A stretch of DNA of 64,000 nucleotides, taken from positions 11,444 to 75,443 of the forward strand of contig CAYZHZ010000002.1 in assembly GCA_964477625.1 (NCBI GenBank), read 5' to 3'. Below, piece by piece: positions 18,922 to 29,176 of the stretch (the stretch's first letter is position 1; every line of letters starts with the position of its first letter). This DNA comes from an uncultured Salinibacterium sp. (lineage in GTDB: Bacteria; Actinomycetota; Actinomycetes; Actinomycetales; Microbacteriaceae). The position numbers and the translations under genes were made by a program. The notes under the pieces are model-generated. The model worked only from the letters and a program-made list of their open reading frames with translations. It had not been told where the DNA came from and ran no database searches.

Positions 18922-19902
18922 CTAGACGGGTACGCGCTCCCCCGTCTCGTGGGAGCGAATCGCCGCGAAAGCGAGCTCTAAGGCTCGCCGCCCTGCGCGC
19001 GCATGGACGGGAGGCTGACCTCCCGCGCGCAAGGCGGCGAGCACATCTTCGACGTGCCGGTCGAACGTGCCCGCAAAGTAGCGGGCCTCGTCGTTGAAGT
19101 AGCCGGCGCTCCAGCGCTGCTCTACCTCGTCGCCGACTTTCTGAAACGTGAGGGCGCGAACGGTGTCGTGGATGACCACGCGCCCCTCGGTTCCGTTGAC
19201 CTCCAGACGGTGCGTGTCTGGGTAGGCGTACGACGTGTCGTAGCTGCCGAGGAACGTTCCGACGGCGCCGTTCGCGAACGAGAGCGCCAGCGCCAGCGTC
19301 GTGAACGTACCGTGCGTCTTGTTCGTCATCTGTGCCGACACCGAATCGATAGGCCCCATGAGGTGCTCCATCATGTCGAAGCCGTGGCACTGGGTCTCGA
19401 TGAGTCCCGCGTGCAGGGGGCCACCGAGGATGACCTCACCACCGAACCGCCACGAGCCGAAGACCGTGTCGCCGATCTCGCCCGCGTCGATGAGCGCTTT
19501 GGCGCGCGTGACGGGCTCCGCGTAGCGGTGGTTGAAGTTGATGGCGAAGAAGAGGTCGCGTTCCTCGGCCTCCGCGATGAGCTGGTCGGCCTCATCCAGG
19601 TGGAAGACGAGCGGTTTCTCGACGAGCAGCGGTACGCCAGCCCGGATGAGTTCGAGGGTCGCGTCGAAGTGGCCCTCGTTGGGAAGACTCACGCTCACGA
19701 GGTCGGGCTGCGCCTCGTCGAGCATGCGTGCAATGTCGGTGTACGCGGTGGTGCGGTAGCGATCGGCCCGCGCCTGCGTCTTGTCGAGCGCGCGGCCGAC
19801 GATCCCGACGAGTTCGGTGTCTTCGCGTGCCGACCACACACGCGCGTGTTGTTTGCCCCAGTCTCCTGCGCCGACCACGGCGACCTTCAGAGGTGTCGTC
19901 AT
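18922..19902 (-). CDS. Gfo/Idh/MocA-family oxidoreductase
   Basis: VVGAGDWG, LVEKP, NFNHRY, ETQCHGFD. Confidence 0.92.
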   Translation of the reverse strand: MTTPLKVAVVGAGDWGKQHARVWSAREDTELVGIVGRALDKTQARADRYRTTAYTDIARMLDEAQPDLVSVSLPNEGHFDATLELIRAGVPLLVEKPLVFHLDEADQLIAEAEERDLFFAINFNHRYAEPVTRAKALIDAGEIGDTVFGSWRFGGEVILGGPLHAGLIETQCHGFDMMEHLMGPIDSVSAQMTNKTHGTFTTLALALSFANGAVGTFLGSYDTSYAYPDTHRLEVNGTEGRVVIHDTVRALTFQKVGDEVEQRWSAGYFNDEARYFAGTFDRHVEDVLAALRAGGQPPVHARAGRRALELAFAAIRSHETGERVPV

Positions 19903-20915
19903 ACCGCATCATCCTGCATCACAACGACCTTGCCCGACTCGCCGGACATGAATTTCTCGAACGCCGCCCCAATCTCGCTCACCGGGTAGCGGTGCGTGAT
20001 GACGCGCGAGATGTACTGCTGATTCGCCCGCAGGAGGGCGAGGTTGTCGGCGAACTCATCGAAGCGAAAGTATTCGCTGCCGAGCACCGCGCGCTCCGGC
20101 GCGAGCATGTCACCCACGACCTCGAGCGTGAGCGACTCGCCGTGGCCGAGCAGGATGAGCGCACCGCGCTTGCCCAGGATGTCCATCGCGAGGCGTCGCG
20201 CGACCTCCTTGCCCGAGGCGTCGAAGGCGATATCGGGGTGACCGATAGCGAGAACGGCGTTGCGGTCGCCCGCGTTGACGGGTGTGGCGCCGAACGACTC
20301 GGCGAACTCGAGCCGCCACGGGGACACATCGCTGATGAAGATGGGGATGTCGGCGCCGTAGCGCAGACGGCTCATGACGACGAGGCCGAGCCCGATGGGA
20401 CCGGCGCCGGCGATGTAGATGCTTTCGATGTCGGGGCGCACGAGCTCCGCGCGACGCAGGGCGTGCGCACTCGTGCCCATGACGTCGAGCAGCATCGTCG
20501 CGTTGCCGATCTCGATGTCGGCGGTGACGGGAAAGAAGATGCGCTCGCGCACGAGCTCGTAGCGCCCGTAGCCACCGTCGTCGGTCCAGCCCATGTCGCA
20601 CTGCTTGTTCAGGCACTGGTTGGTGGCCCCGATGAGGCAGCTGCGGCACTGCCCGCAGTAGCCCATAAGAAACACGGCGCCCTTCGTGCCGATGGGTGTC
20701 GTCGCACCCTCGCCCGCCGCGATCACGGTGCCCGCGGCCTCATGGCCGGGAACGGTGTCAGACCCGCCGAGGTACTGCCCGCGATCGGTTCCGCAGATCG
20801 CGTTCGCGCCGACCGCGAGCAGCAGCTGGCCGGGGCCGGGCTCCGGGTAGGTGTGCTCCCTGAAGCCGATGCGGCCTTCGCCCTGGAAGTCGGGGACGAG
20901 CGCGGTGTACGTCAT
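19899..20915 (-). CDS. Zn-dependent alcohol dehydrogenase (MDR)
   Basis: AICGTD, PGHE, YCGQCRSC...C, GAGPIG. Confidence 0.9.
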   Translation of the reverse strand: MTYTALVPDFQGEGRIGFREHTYPEPGPGQLLLAVGANAICGTDRGQYLGGSDTVPGHEAAGTVIAAGEGATTPIGTKGAVFLMGYCGQCRSCLIGATNQCLNKQCDMGWTDDGGYGRYELVRERIFFPVTADIEIGNATMLLDVMGTSAHALRRAELVRPDIESIYIAGAGPIGLGLVVMSRLRYGADIPIFISDVSPWRLEFAESFGATPVNAGDRNAVLAIGHPDIAFDASGKEVARRLAMDILGKRGALILLGHGESLTLEVVGDMLAPERAVLGSEYFRFDEFADNLALLRANQQYISRVITHRYPVSEIGAAFEKFMSGESGKVVVMQDDAV

Positions 20916-22873
20916 GCCTGGTCCTGGGTGGTCGTGGCGGTTTGAGGCGTCGTAGCGGGGGCGACGGGAATCCAGACGCGCATGGTCGACGGGCCGCGCT
21001 CCGCCCAGTCGTGATACGGCACGAGGGCTACCTCGCGGGCGTCGCCCAGGGACTCGGCTTCGGGCGCGCCGTACGGCCACACCGCGTCATCCACCGAACG
21101 GGTTCGTAGCGACGCGAACACCCGACCATCGCGCTCGACCGGCGCGACGGTGGCGTCGATCACCGCGTCTGCGACGTCGCCGCCGAAGTCGACGGATTCG
21201 AGCGCGAGCACCTCGGGGCCGCGCTCGATCGCGATGGTGCCCCGCACGGCGTCAATGCGCGGGTCGGCGGCGGTGACGCGCGGCGCCATCGGCAGATCGA
21301 GCTCGATGACATCCCCTGCTTCGAACGCGCGACGAATCGAGTGGATGCCCACCCCCGCGCGCTCGTCAACGACGACCTGCCCGTCGACCCCGCGCACGGC
21401 AACCGAGGCTCCCGCTGCCCACTCGGGCACCCGCAGGCTCAGGGTGAACGGCTCGGCCGTCTCCCGGATGCGCAGCACCACGCGCCCCGAGGTCGGGTAG
21501 TCCGTCTCCACGTCGACCGCGACGACGCGCCCCCCGGGCAGCGTGGTGCGGATCTCCGCCGGCGCGTACAGGTGCACCTGCAGTCCCTCGTCGTCGACGG
21601 TCGCGACGAGCGCGTCGAGCGACGACAGGGTTCGGGCGACGTTGCCGGGGCAGCACGAGACCTCGAACCAGGGCTCGCGCGTCGTGCTCGACGCGCTCAG
21701 CGAGAGCTCATCGGTGAGCGCGGCTCCGGCTTCGCGCATCTGCAGCGGGTTCGAGTAGAAGAAGGCGGTGCCGGCACGCGAGGGTGACGTCGCGACGACG
21801 TTGAAGAGGGTGCGCTCGATGAGGTCGGCGTACTTGACCTCGCCCGTCTCGAGCAGCAGACGCCAGCTGAACATGATCGAGGCGATGCCCGCGCACGTCT
21901 CCGCGTAGGCGCGGTCGGGGGGCAGCTCCCAGTCGACCCCGAAGGCTTCGTCCTGGTGGTGCGATCCCTGTCCGCCGGTCAGGTAGGTGCGGCGGGCGAT
22001 GGTGCGGTCCCACTGCTTCTGCAGCGAATCGAGTAGGGGCGCATCATCCAGGTCGACGGCGACATCGACGGCGGATGCCGCGAGGTAGTTGGCGCGCACC
22101 GCATGACCGCGCAGCGCCGGGGCGTCGATGAGGGGCACGTCGTCTTGAAAGTAGCTGCGACCGAACTCGATGTCGGCGAGCGACTTGTGCCCGTGCCGGT
22201 TCACGAAGAGCTGTGCCTGCTCGATGTACCGGGGCTCGCCGATGGCGCGGCCGAACTCGACGAGTCCGAGCTCGATCTCGGCGTGGCCGCAGATGCTGTC
22301 GATGCCGTCGGGTCCGAAGGTCTCGCACACGAGGTCGGCGACGCGGCGGGCGATCTCGACGAGTCCGTCGTCGGCGTCGGGGCGCGTGCGCACTCGCGCG
22401 ACGGCCGCCTGCAGCAGGTGACCGAAGCAGTAGAGCTCGTGGCCCCACTCGAGATCTGACCAGCGGGCGCCCTGGCCGGGCCGGCCGAACTTGGTGGAGA
22501 TGTACCCGTCGGGTTCCTGCACGCGGGCGAAGCGTGCGACGAGTTCGCGGAACTGCTTCTCGAGGTCGGCGTCGTGGGTGCGCCCGATCTCCCACGCCAT
22601 GCCCTCGAGCACCTTGTACATGTCGGAGTCGGAGAACTCGCGACCACGGCGCTCCTCGACGACGGTACCCGCGGCCGCGGCGTCGAAGTTGGTGAAGGAT
22701 CCGTCGGCCTCGAGCCACTCGAGGATGTGCGGGAACGTCGCCGTGCCGTTGACCGCCTGCCGCTCGCCCCAGAAGCCTCCCGTGATGCGCACGGACTCGA
22801 GTCCGAGCGGGCGCAACGCACCTCGAGCGGGCACGACAGGCGCGCCGATGGGCGGGGTGGGGATGCCGGACAT
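20912..22873 (-). CDS. Glycoside hydrolase family 127 (beta-L-arabinofuranosidase-like)
   Basis: FSDSDMYKVLE, HELYCFGHL, GHAVRA, DEAFG, YAETCA, SCCPGN (Zn-Cys3/Glu site); no signal peptide. Confidence 0.93.
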   Translation of the reverse strand: MSGIPTPPIGAPVVPARGALRPLGLESVRITGGFWGERQAVNGTATFPHILEWLEADGSFTNFDAAAAGTVVEERRGREFSDSDMYKVLEGMAWEIGRTHDADLEKQFRELVARFARVQEPDGYISTKFGRPGQGARWSDLEWGHELYCFGHLLQAAVARVRTRPDADDGLVEIARRVADLVCETFGPDGIDSICGHAEIELGLVEFGRAIGEPRYIEQAQLFVNRHGHKSLADIEFGRSYFQDDVPLIDAPALRGHAVRANYLAASAVDVAVDLDDAPLLDSLQKQWDRTIARRTYLTGGQGSHHQDEAFGVDWELPPDRAYAETCAGIASIMFSWRLLLETGEVKYADLIERTLFNVVATSPSRAGTAFFYSNPLQMREAGAALTDELSLSASSTTREPWFEVSCCPGNVARTLSSLDALVATVDDEGLQVHLYAPAEIRTTLPGGRVVAVDVETDYPTSGRVVLRIRETAEPFTLSLRVPEWAAGASVAVRGVDGQVVVDERAGVGIHSIRRAFEAGDVIELDLPMAPRVTAADPRIDAVRGTIAIERGPEVLALESVDFGGDVADAVIDATVAPVERDGRVFASLRTRSVDDAVWPYGAPEAESLGDAREVALVPYHDWAERGPSTMRVWIPVAPATTPQTATTTQDQA

Positions 22874-22904
22874 TCTCGGGTGGTGCCTCTCGCGGGGAAG
22901 ATTT

Positions 22905-22918
22905 CGAAACCGTTTTCG
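22905..22918. promoter_or_regulatory. LacI-type operator CGAAACCGTTTTCG
   Basis: Near-palindrome with central CG between the GH127 gene and the divergent LacI gene. Confidence 0.7.
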
Positions 22919-22994
22919 GTACGCTATCGTGAGGCCCTCACCGAGTCAAGAACAGAGGGTTCGATAGCGTTTACTGACATCGGAGGAGGCGAGT

Positions 22995-24011
22995 GTGGTC
23001 GGCAACGACGGTGCGGTGACCCTCGCCGAGGTCGCCCGTCAGGCGGGTGTCTCTATCGCCACAGCATCCAAGGCGCTCAACGATCGGGATGACGTCGCCC
23101 CCGCCACCCGCCAGCGCGTGCTCGCCGTCGCCGAGTCACTTTCCTTCAGCCCCAACCCCATGGCCCGCGGACTCAACGCGGGAAAGACGAGCACCGTCGG
23201 CATCCTCACGGGCGACCTCGACGGACGCTTCATGATCCCCATCCTTGTGGGCGCGGAGAACGCCTTCGTCTCCGGTCAGCTCGACGTGTTCCTGAGCAAC
23301 GCGCGCGGCGACGACATCCGCGAGCAACACCACCTTAAGGCGCTGCTGAGCCGCCGCGTCGACGGCATCATCGTCGTCGGGTCATCCACCAACCCGCGCT
23401 CCTCACTCGGCCAGAACCTGCCGGTGCCGGTTGTCTACGCGAATGCCCCATCGGATGATGCGCGCGACGTCTCCCTGACCCCCGACGAGTACCTCGGCGG
23501 CCGTCTCGCCATCGAACACCTCCTGTCGTGCGGGCGCACCCGTATCGCGCACATCTCGGGTGACCCCACCTTCACCGCCACCCAGCGTCGACTGGAAGGC
23601 GCCCGCGACGCACTCGCGGATGCCGGGCTCACCTTCACCCACGAGCCGCTGCTGGCGGAGTGGACGGAACAGTGGGGGCGCGACGCGGCCTCAACGGTCT
23701 TCGAACGCACCCCGAACGTCAACGGGGTCTTCGCGGGTTCAGACCAGATCGCTCGAGGCGTGCTCGAAACCGCGCGCACCCTCGACAGGCGCGTCCCCGA
23801 GGATGTCGCGATCGTCGGCTACGACAACTGGGAGGTGCTCTCAGCCGGATCCCACCCGGGCCTGACGACCGTGGACTCCAATCTCGAGCAACTCGGCACC
23901 CGTGCCGCGCAGTACATCTTCGAGGCGATCGAGGGCGTAGACAACGCGGGAGTGCACCGACTGCCGGTCACGCTCGTGACGCGGGGGTCAACGGCGGTTC
24001 GGCTGGGGTGA
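22995..24011 (+). CDS. LacI-family transcriptional regulator
   Basis: TLAEVARQAGVSIATASKALN; VPEDVAIVGYDN. Confidence 0.95.
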   Translation: MVGNDGAVTLAEVARQAGVSIATASKALNDRDDVAPATRQRVLAVAESLSFSPNPMARGLNAGKTSTVGILTGDLDGRFMIPILVGAENAFVSGQLDVFLSNARGDDIREQHHLKALLSRRVDGIIVVGSSTNPRSSLGQNLPVPVVYANAPSDDARDVSLTPDEYLGGRLAIEHLLSCGRTRIAHISGDPTFTATQRRLEGARDALADAGLTFTHEPLLAEWTEQWGRDAASTVFERTPNVNGVFAGSDQIARGVLETARTLDRRVPEDVAIVGYDNWEVLSAGSHPGLTTVDSNLEQLGTRAAQYIFEAIEGVDNAGVHRLPVTLVTRGSTAVRLG

Positions 24012-24014
24012 GGG

Positions 24015-24497
24015 CTACTCGGGCTTGCCGCGATTGCGGCGCCGCATCATCCGCGGTGCCTTGCCGCCCAGGAATGAGCGACCCGAGGTCACGTCGAAGC
24101 CGTGACGCAGTGCCTCTCGCCCGATGAGCATGCGGAAACCCATCTGGTCGCGGTTGCTGAGGGTCACCTCGACGTCCACCTCGCGGCCCACGAGGTGCAC
24201 GCGCATCGTGACGACGTAGCGGTGTTGCACGTGGCCGGATGAGCTGCGCACGCGGCGTCGGTCGTGCACAGGCGACTCGACCAGCACCTCATCCACGTCG
24301 GACTCCTGCCAGGGCCGCACACGGTAGCGCACCCACTCGGCGCCGTCGCGCTCGAAGGTGTGGATGTCGTAGGCGTGAAGCGACGAGGTGCGAGCGCCCG
24401 TGTCGAGTTTGGCTTTGATCCAGGGAATGCCGATTTCGGGGAGCTGCACCCATTCGCGCCACCCCGCGAGGGTGTTTGAATGGGAGGACTTGCTCAC
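24015..24497 (-). CDS. RimK-associated putative ATP-dependent Zn protease / retropepsin-like protein (RimB type)
   Basis: GWREWV, KAKLDTGARTSSLHA, VRSSSGH, MGFRMLIGR. Confidence 0.9.
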   Translation of the reverse strand: MSKSSHSNTLAGWREWVQLPEIGIPWIKAKLDTGARTSSLHAYDIHTFERDGAEWVRYRVRPWQESDVDEVLVESPVHDRRRVRSSSGHVQHRYVVTMRVHLVGREVDVEVTLSNRDQMGFRMLIGREALRHGFDVTSGRSFLGGKAPRMMRRRNRGKPE

Positions 24498-24524
24498 CAC
24501 CCCATCTTGGCAGGGCTCCACCAC

Positions 24525-25718
24525 ATGAAACTTGCGATCCTCTCGCGCGCGCCTCAGGCGTACTCCACCCTGCGACTGCGGGCGGCGGCAGAACAGCGCG
24601 GTCACGAGGTACGCGTACTCAACACCCTGCGGTTCGCGATCGACCTCTCGGGGCCTGAACCCGACCTGCAATACCGCGGGAATCAGCTCAGCGACTACGA
24701 CGCGATCGTGCCGCGCATCGGCAGTTCGATCACCTACTTCGGCACCGCCGTGGTGCGCCAGTTCGAACAGATGGACGTCTACACGCCCAACACCGCCAAC
24801 GGAATCTCCAACGCGCGCGACAAGTTGCGGGCCTCCCAGATTCTCTCGCGCCACAACATCGCCATGCCCGCGACGACCTTCGTGCGCAACCGAGCAGACG
24901 TGCGTCCCGCGATCGAGCGCGTGGGCGGGGCCCCCGTCGTCATCAAGCTCCTCGAGGGCACCCAGGGCATCGGCGTGATCCTCGCTCCCGAGGTGAAGGT
25001 CGCGGAGGCGATCATCGAGACCCTGCACTCGACGAACCAGAATGTGCTCATTCAGCGGTTCGTCGCGGAGAGCAGGGGCAAGGACATCCGCGCGCTCGTC
25101 GTTGGCGACCGGGTCGTCGCGGCGATGCGGCGCACGGCGATGGGCGACGAATTCCGCTCGAACGTGCACCGCGGCGGGGCTACCGAACCGGTGCCGATCG
25201 ACCCCGCGTTCGAAGAGGCGGCCGTGCGGTCCGCCCAGATCATGGGACTCAAGGTCGCCGGCGTCGACATGCTCGAGGGCGAGGACGGGCCCCTCGTCAT
25301 GGAGGTCAACTCCTCACCCGGTCTCGAAGGAATCGAGAACGCGACACGACTCGACGTCGCCGGAGCCATCATCGACCACATCGCCGACCGGGTCGCCTTC
25401 CCCGATATCGACGTGCGGCAGCGCCTGAGCGTCTCCACGGGCTATGGCGTCGCCGAGCTCGAGGTGGGAGCCAACGCCGACCTCGTGGGCACAACGCTCG
25501 GCGAGTCGGAGCTGCGTGAGCGGGACATCACGGTGCTCACGCTGCACCGTGGCGCCGCCGTCATCCCGAACCCCAAACGCACCACCGTGCTCGAGGCGGG
25601 GGACCGCCTGCTGTGCTTTGGCAAACTCGAAGAGATGCGCTCGATGGTGCCCGAGCGCAAGCGCCGCCGCCGCAAGGTGCGCAAGTTGCCAGCGGTGCCG
25701 TTGCCGACCGACGGCTAG
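24525..25718 (+). CDS. rimK: RimK-family alpha-L-glutamate ligase with C-terminal TrkA-C (RCK_C) domain
   Basis: MKLAILSR, YSTLRL, EGTQGIGV, FRSNVHRGG, EVNSSPGLEGIE; C-terminal IPNP...LEAGDRLLCFG. Confidence 0.9.
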   Translation: MKLAILSRAPQAYSTLRLRAAAEQRGHEVRVLNTLRFAIDLSGPEPDLQYRGNQLSDYDAIVPRIGSSITYFGTAVVRQFEQMDVYTPNTANGISNARDKLRASQILSRHNIAMPATTFVRNRADVRPAIERVGGAPVVIKLLEGTQGIGVILAPEVKVAEAIIETLHSTNQNVLIQRFVAESRGKDIRALVVGDRVVAAMRRTAMGDEFRSNVHRGGATEPVPIDPAFEEAAVRSAQIMGLKVAGVDMLEGEDGPLVMEVNSSPGLEGIENATRLDVAGAIIDHIADRVAFPDIDVRQRLSVSTGYGVAELEVGANADLVGTTLGESELRERDITVLTLHRGAAVIPNPKRTTVLEAGDRLLCFGKLEEMRSMVPERKRRRRKVRKLPAVPLPTDG

Positions 25719-27556
25719 GCCGTCCGACGGGCGTCCGCGCGCCTACCAATCGCACGCAGAGCGGCGATGATCGTGGCGAGGTCGACGACCTCCTGCAGCA
25801 AGGCGCCCACGGTCGCCGGGATGAATCCACCTGCCGCCACCACCATGAGGACGAGGCTCGCGGCGATCCCCAACCAAATGCTCTGCAAGGCGATTCGCAC
25901 GGTGTCGCGCCCGATCTCCACCGCCTTCGCGACGCGAGAGATGTCGTCGATGAGGATGACGGCATCGGCCGACTCGCTGGCGGCCGTTGCTCCTTTGGCG
26001 CCCATCGCGATTCCAACATCGGCAGCCGCCAGAACGGGTGCGTCATTGACACCGTCCCCCACCATGATGGTCGGGCCATGGGTGAGGGCACGCACCGCAT
26101 TGACCTTGTCAATGGGCAGGCAATCGGCGAGTACGGAGGTGACGCCGACCTCCGCGGCAATGTGGTCCGCGGTCGCCTGCGCATCGCCCGTGAGGATCAT
26201 CGTCTGGCGTACACCGAGCTCGCGCAGCCGAGCGAGTGTGGCACGGGCGTTGTCGCGAACGCGATCGCTCGCGAGCAGAGAGCCAGCGAACCGCCCATCG
26301 ATGGCGACGTAGACCGCCAACTGGCCCGGCGCGATCTCGGCACGCACGGCATCCGCGACAAGCTTGTCGATGAATGCGTACTTTCCCACCACGACTTCGC
26401 GTCCGCCGATTCGCGCGCGGATTCCATTGGTCGCTTCTTCGTGCGCCCACTCAGCGTCCATCAGCGGAAGTCCCCTGGCGCGCGCGGCGGCGATGAACGC
26501 GGCCGCAAGCACATGGGATGAATACTGTTCCGCAGATGCGACGGCGGCGATGAGATCGTCCTCGCTAAAACCCGGTTGCGGCCGAACAACGGCAAGCGCA
26601 GGAGTGCCATAAGTGAGCGTGCCGGTCTTGTCGAACACGGCTACCTTCGCCGTAGCCAACTTTTCCAGCACGCCACCGCCCTTGACGATGATTCCGTTTC
26701 GAGCGGCGCGACTCATTCCCCCGATGAATGCCACAGGTGCCGCAATGAGCAGGGGACAGGGAGTGGCCAGGACGACGACCTCAGCGAAGCGCACCGGATC
26801 CCCAGACAGTGCCCAAGCGACCGAAGCGAGTGCGAGCGCAATCACGGTGAACGGCACAGCGTAGCGGTCGGCGAGCCGCACGACGGGAGCCTTACTCGAG
26901 GCCGCCTCAGCAACGAGGGCAACGATCTGCTGGTACTGGCTGTCTGCGGCGGTCGCGCTGGCGACGACCTCGATTGCGGACTGCCCATTGATCGACCCGC
27001 TCATCAGTTGATCGCCGGCTTGCATCTCCACGGGCATGCTCTCGCCCGTCAAGGAGGACTGATCGAGCGTGGCCGCGGCTGTGCGTAGTGTCGCGTCGAC
27101 GGGCACGATTTCGCTGGGACGAACGAGCAGAAGGTCGCCCGCACGAACCTCGTCGACACGCACGTCGCGAATCGACGACCCATCAATGCGGTGTGCGTGC
27201 TGGGGTGACCGGGTCAGCAGATCGTCCAACTCACGCTTCGCCCGGTGGTTTGCGAAATCCTCGAGGGCCTCCCCGCCGGTGAGCATCAGCACGACCAGGA
27301 GCGCCGCCACATACTCCCCGACAACGACCGTCGCGACGATTGCTGTGACGGCCAGAACGTCAAGCCCCCAGTGGCCACGCAGCATGTCACGAACCATGCG
27401 TATCGCCTGCCACACTGCGATTCCCAGCGCGTAGATGCTGAAAATCCACTGCACCACCTCGCCGACACCGACGGCGGCGAGCACGATTCCCAGAACGCCG
27501 AGCGCGAGGGTCAGGGTAACGACCCAATACCGCCGCGCGAGTCGAAGGGCTGTCAT
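25715..27556 (-). CDS. Heavy-metal P-type ATPase, P1B-5 subclass motifs
   Basis: LTGES, TPCP, DKTGT, SSH, GDGVNDAP, and QEVVD in the last TM; no N-terminal metal-binding domain and no hemerythrin fusion. Confidence 0.9.
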   Translation of the reverse strand: MTALRLARRYWVVTLTLALGVLGIVLAAVGVGEVVQWIFSIYALGIAVWQAIRMVRDMLRGHWGLDVLAVTAIVATVVVGEYVAALLVVLMLTGGEALEDFANHRAKRELDDLLTRSPQHAHRIDGSSIRDVRVDEVRAGDLLLVRPSEIVPVDATLRTAAATLDQSSLTGESMPVEMQAGDQLMSGSINGQSAIEVVASATAADSQYQQIVALVAEAASSKAPVVRLADRYAVPFTVIALALASVAWALSGDPVRFAEVVVLATPCPLLIAAPVAFIGGMSRAARNGIIVKGGGVLEKLATAKVAVFDKTGTLTYGTPALAVVRPQPGFSEDDLIAAVASAEQYSSHVLAAAFIAAARARGLPLMDAEWAHEEATNGIRARIGGREVVVGKYAFIDKLVADAVRAEIAPGQLAVYVAIDGRFAGSLLASDRVRDNARATLARLRELGVRQTMILTGDAQATADHIAAEVGVTSVLADCLPIDKVNAVRALTHGPTIMVGDGVNDAPVLAAADVGIAMGAKGATAASESADAVILIDDISRVAKAVEIGRDTVRIALQSIWLGIAASLVLMVVAAGGFIPATVGALLQEVVDLATIIAALRAIGRRADARRTA

Positions 27557-27657
27557 TTCCACTCACTCACTTTGCGCACGGGGTCAAGGCGCAATGGACC
27601 CATCCTGCCCCAGACGAACACACGTGTGGTCCACACCCGGTCGTTGCGACCGCGAGT

Positions 27658-27686
27658 AATTAAACGGACGCAGTTCCTGTTTAATT
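27658..27686. promoter_or_regulatory. Inverted repeat AATTAAAC-N13-GTTTAATT, candidate operator
   Basis: Perfect 8-bp AT-rich dyad in the divergent ATPase/hemoglobin promoter. Confidence 0.7.
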
Positions 27687-27702
27687 GACTACGGTAGGTG
27701 GC

Positions 27703-28128
27703 ATGCGAGACATGGTGGATCGAGCGGACGTGGAGCAGCTCGTAGTCGCGTTCTACCGCACCGCGTTTAACGACCCCCTCATCGGGCCGGTGTTCACCGA
27801 GGTGGCTCATCTCGATCTGGAGGCTCATCTTCCGATCATGTGCGACTTCTGGGAGACGGTGTTGTTCAACGCCGGCCTGTATAGGCGCAACGCCCTCCAG
27901 ATCCACCGCATGCTGCATGCGCGGCATCCGCTTGGGGCTGAGCACTTTGAGCGTTGGCTGCTCTTGTGGACCACGACCGTTGACATGCGGTTCGAGGGAG
28001 CGGTCGCTGACCGCGCGAAGGTGCAGGCGCGGCGGATGGCCGGGTCAATGTTGCGACGAATGAGCGGACGATCGGGAAGTGCCTTCGAGACGCTGACACT
28101 CAGCGCGTACGAGGAGCCTGCTTCATGA
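27703..28128 (+). CDS. Group III (2/2) truncated hemoglobin
   Basis: LVVAFY, DPLIGPVF, HLPIMCDFWETVLF, Y...H (proximal His), HFERWLLLW. Confidence 0.9.
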   Translation: MRDMVDRADVEQLVVAFYRTAFNDPLIGPVFTEVAHLDLEAHLPIMCDFWETVLFNAGLYRRNALQIHRMLHARHPLGAEHFERWLLLWTTTVDMRFEGAVADRAKVQARRMAGSMLRRMSGRSGSAFETLTLSAYEEPAS

Positions 28129-28790
28129 TCGAGCACAATGAGGACTACCACGCGGCCCTGGCATCGGTCAGTCGTCGCCAGGTTCTAGGTGCCCTTCTCG
28201 CATCGGCGCACCCAATGGATGCGTCGGCCATCGCCGCACAATTGGGACTGCACGTCACGACGGTGCGATTCCATCTCGATCAGCTCACAACGATTGGACT
28301 GGTAGAACGCCAGACCGAGAATGAGAGACGCCGCGGCAGGCCCCGCGTGCTCTACATGACTGGTCGGCCACTACGCCACGACGGTGCCCGCGATCAGTTG
28401 ATTCAGGTTCTCTCCGGCGCTCTGGCCCGAGCGGGAGATCCGAAGGACGACGCGGTGGGGGCGGGTCGGCGATGGGCCGATGTGTTTTCCCCTCTGGATC
28501 GAGCCGATCCGCTTCCCGGGCTCATGGACGTGCTCGACCAGCTGGGATTCGATCCCCGCGCGGACCGAGTCGATGAGACGATCCACCTGCTCTCGTGTCC
28601 GTTCCGCGAACCCGCGCGCGCTCACCCCGAAGTGGTGTGCGCCGTGCACCGCGGGCTCATCGACAAGCTGCTCGAAGACACTTCCTACCGCCCGCAGCTG
28701 ATTCCTTTCGTCGAGCCCGAACTCTGTGTCGTGGCGATGGGGGGTCACCATCCTGGGGACGTCTCGACGAGCGAAAGGATTTCCTTATGA
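28125..28790 (+). CDS. ArsR-like HTH regulator with Cys-containing C-terminal domain (COG2345/SufR-like)
   Basis: [26 protein letters not shown]...VVCAVHRG...C. Confidence 0.85.
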   Translation: MIEHNEDYHAALASVSRRQVLGALLASAHPMDASAIAAQLGLHVTTVRFHLDQLTTIGLVERQTENERRRGRPRVLYMTGRPLRHDGARDQLIQVLSGALARAGDPKDDAVGAGRRWADVFSPLDRADPLPGLMDVLDQLGFDPRADRVDETIHLLSCPFREPARAHPEVVCAVHRGLIDKLLEDTSYRPQLIPFVEPELCVVAMGGHHPGDVSTSERISL

Positions 28791-29176
28791 CCTATGTCAT
28801 CGCGGAGCCGTGCATCGACGTCGTCGACCGCGCGTGCGTCGACGAGTGCCCGGTGGACTGCATCTACGAGGGAAGCCGCGCCCTATACATCCAGCCGGAC
28901 GAATGCATCGACTGCGGGGCCTGCGAACCGGTGTGTCCTGTTGAGGCGATCTTCTACGAGGACGATCTGCCTGACCACTGGGCCGACTACCAGACCGACA
29001 ACGCACGCTTCTTCACCGAACTGCTGCCGGGCCGTGGTGACCCCCTCGGATCCCCTGGGGGAGCGAGCAAGATCGGCGCACTGGGCGTCGACACCGCCCT
29101 CGTGTCAGGTAGCGCACCGAGGCTCGACCGTGGAGGAACAAGAGATGACGCAGGTGCAGATCAAACGGGTCTATGA
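28787..29176 (+). CDS. fdxA: 7Fe ([3Fe-4S]+[4Fe-4S]) ferredoxin
   Basis: [29 protein letters not shown]...[17 protein letters not shown]. Confidence 0.93.
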   Translation: MTYVIAEPCIDVVDRACVDECPVDCIYEGSRALYIQPDECIDCGACEPVCPVEAIFYEDDLPDHWADYQTDNARFFTELLPGRGDPLGSPGGASKIGALGVDTALVSGSAPRLDRGGTRDDAGADQTGL

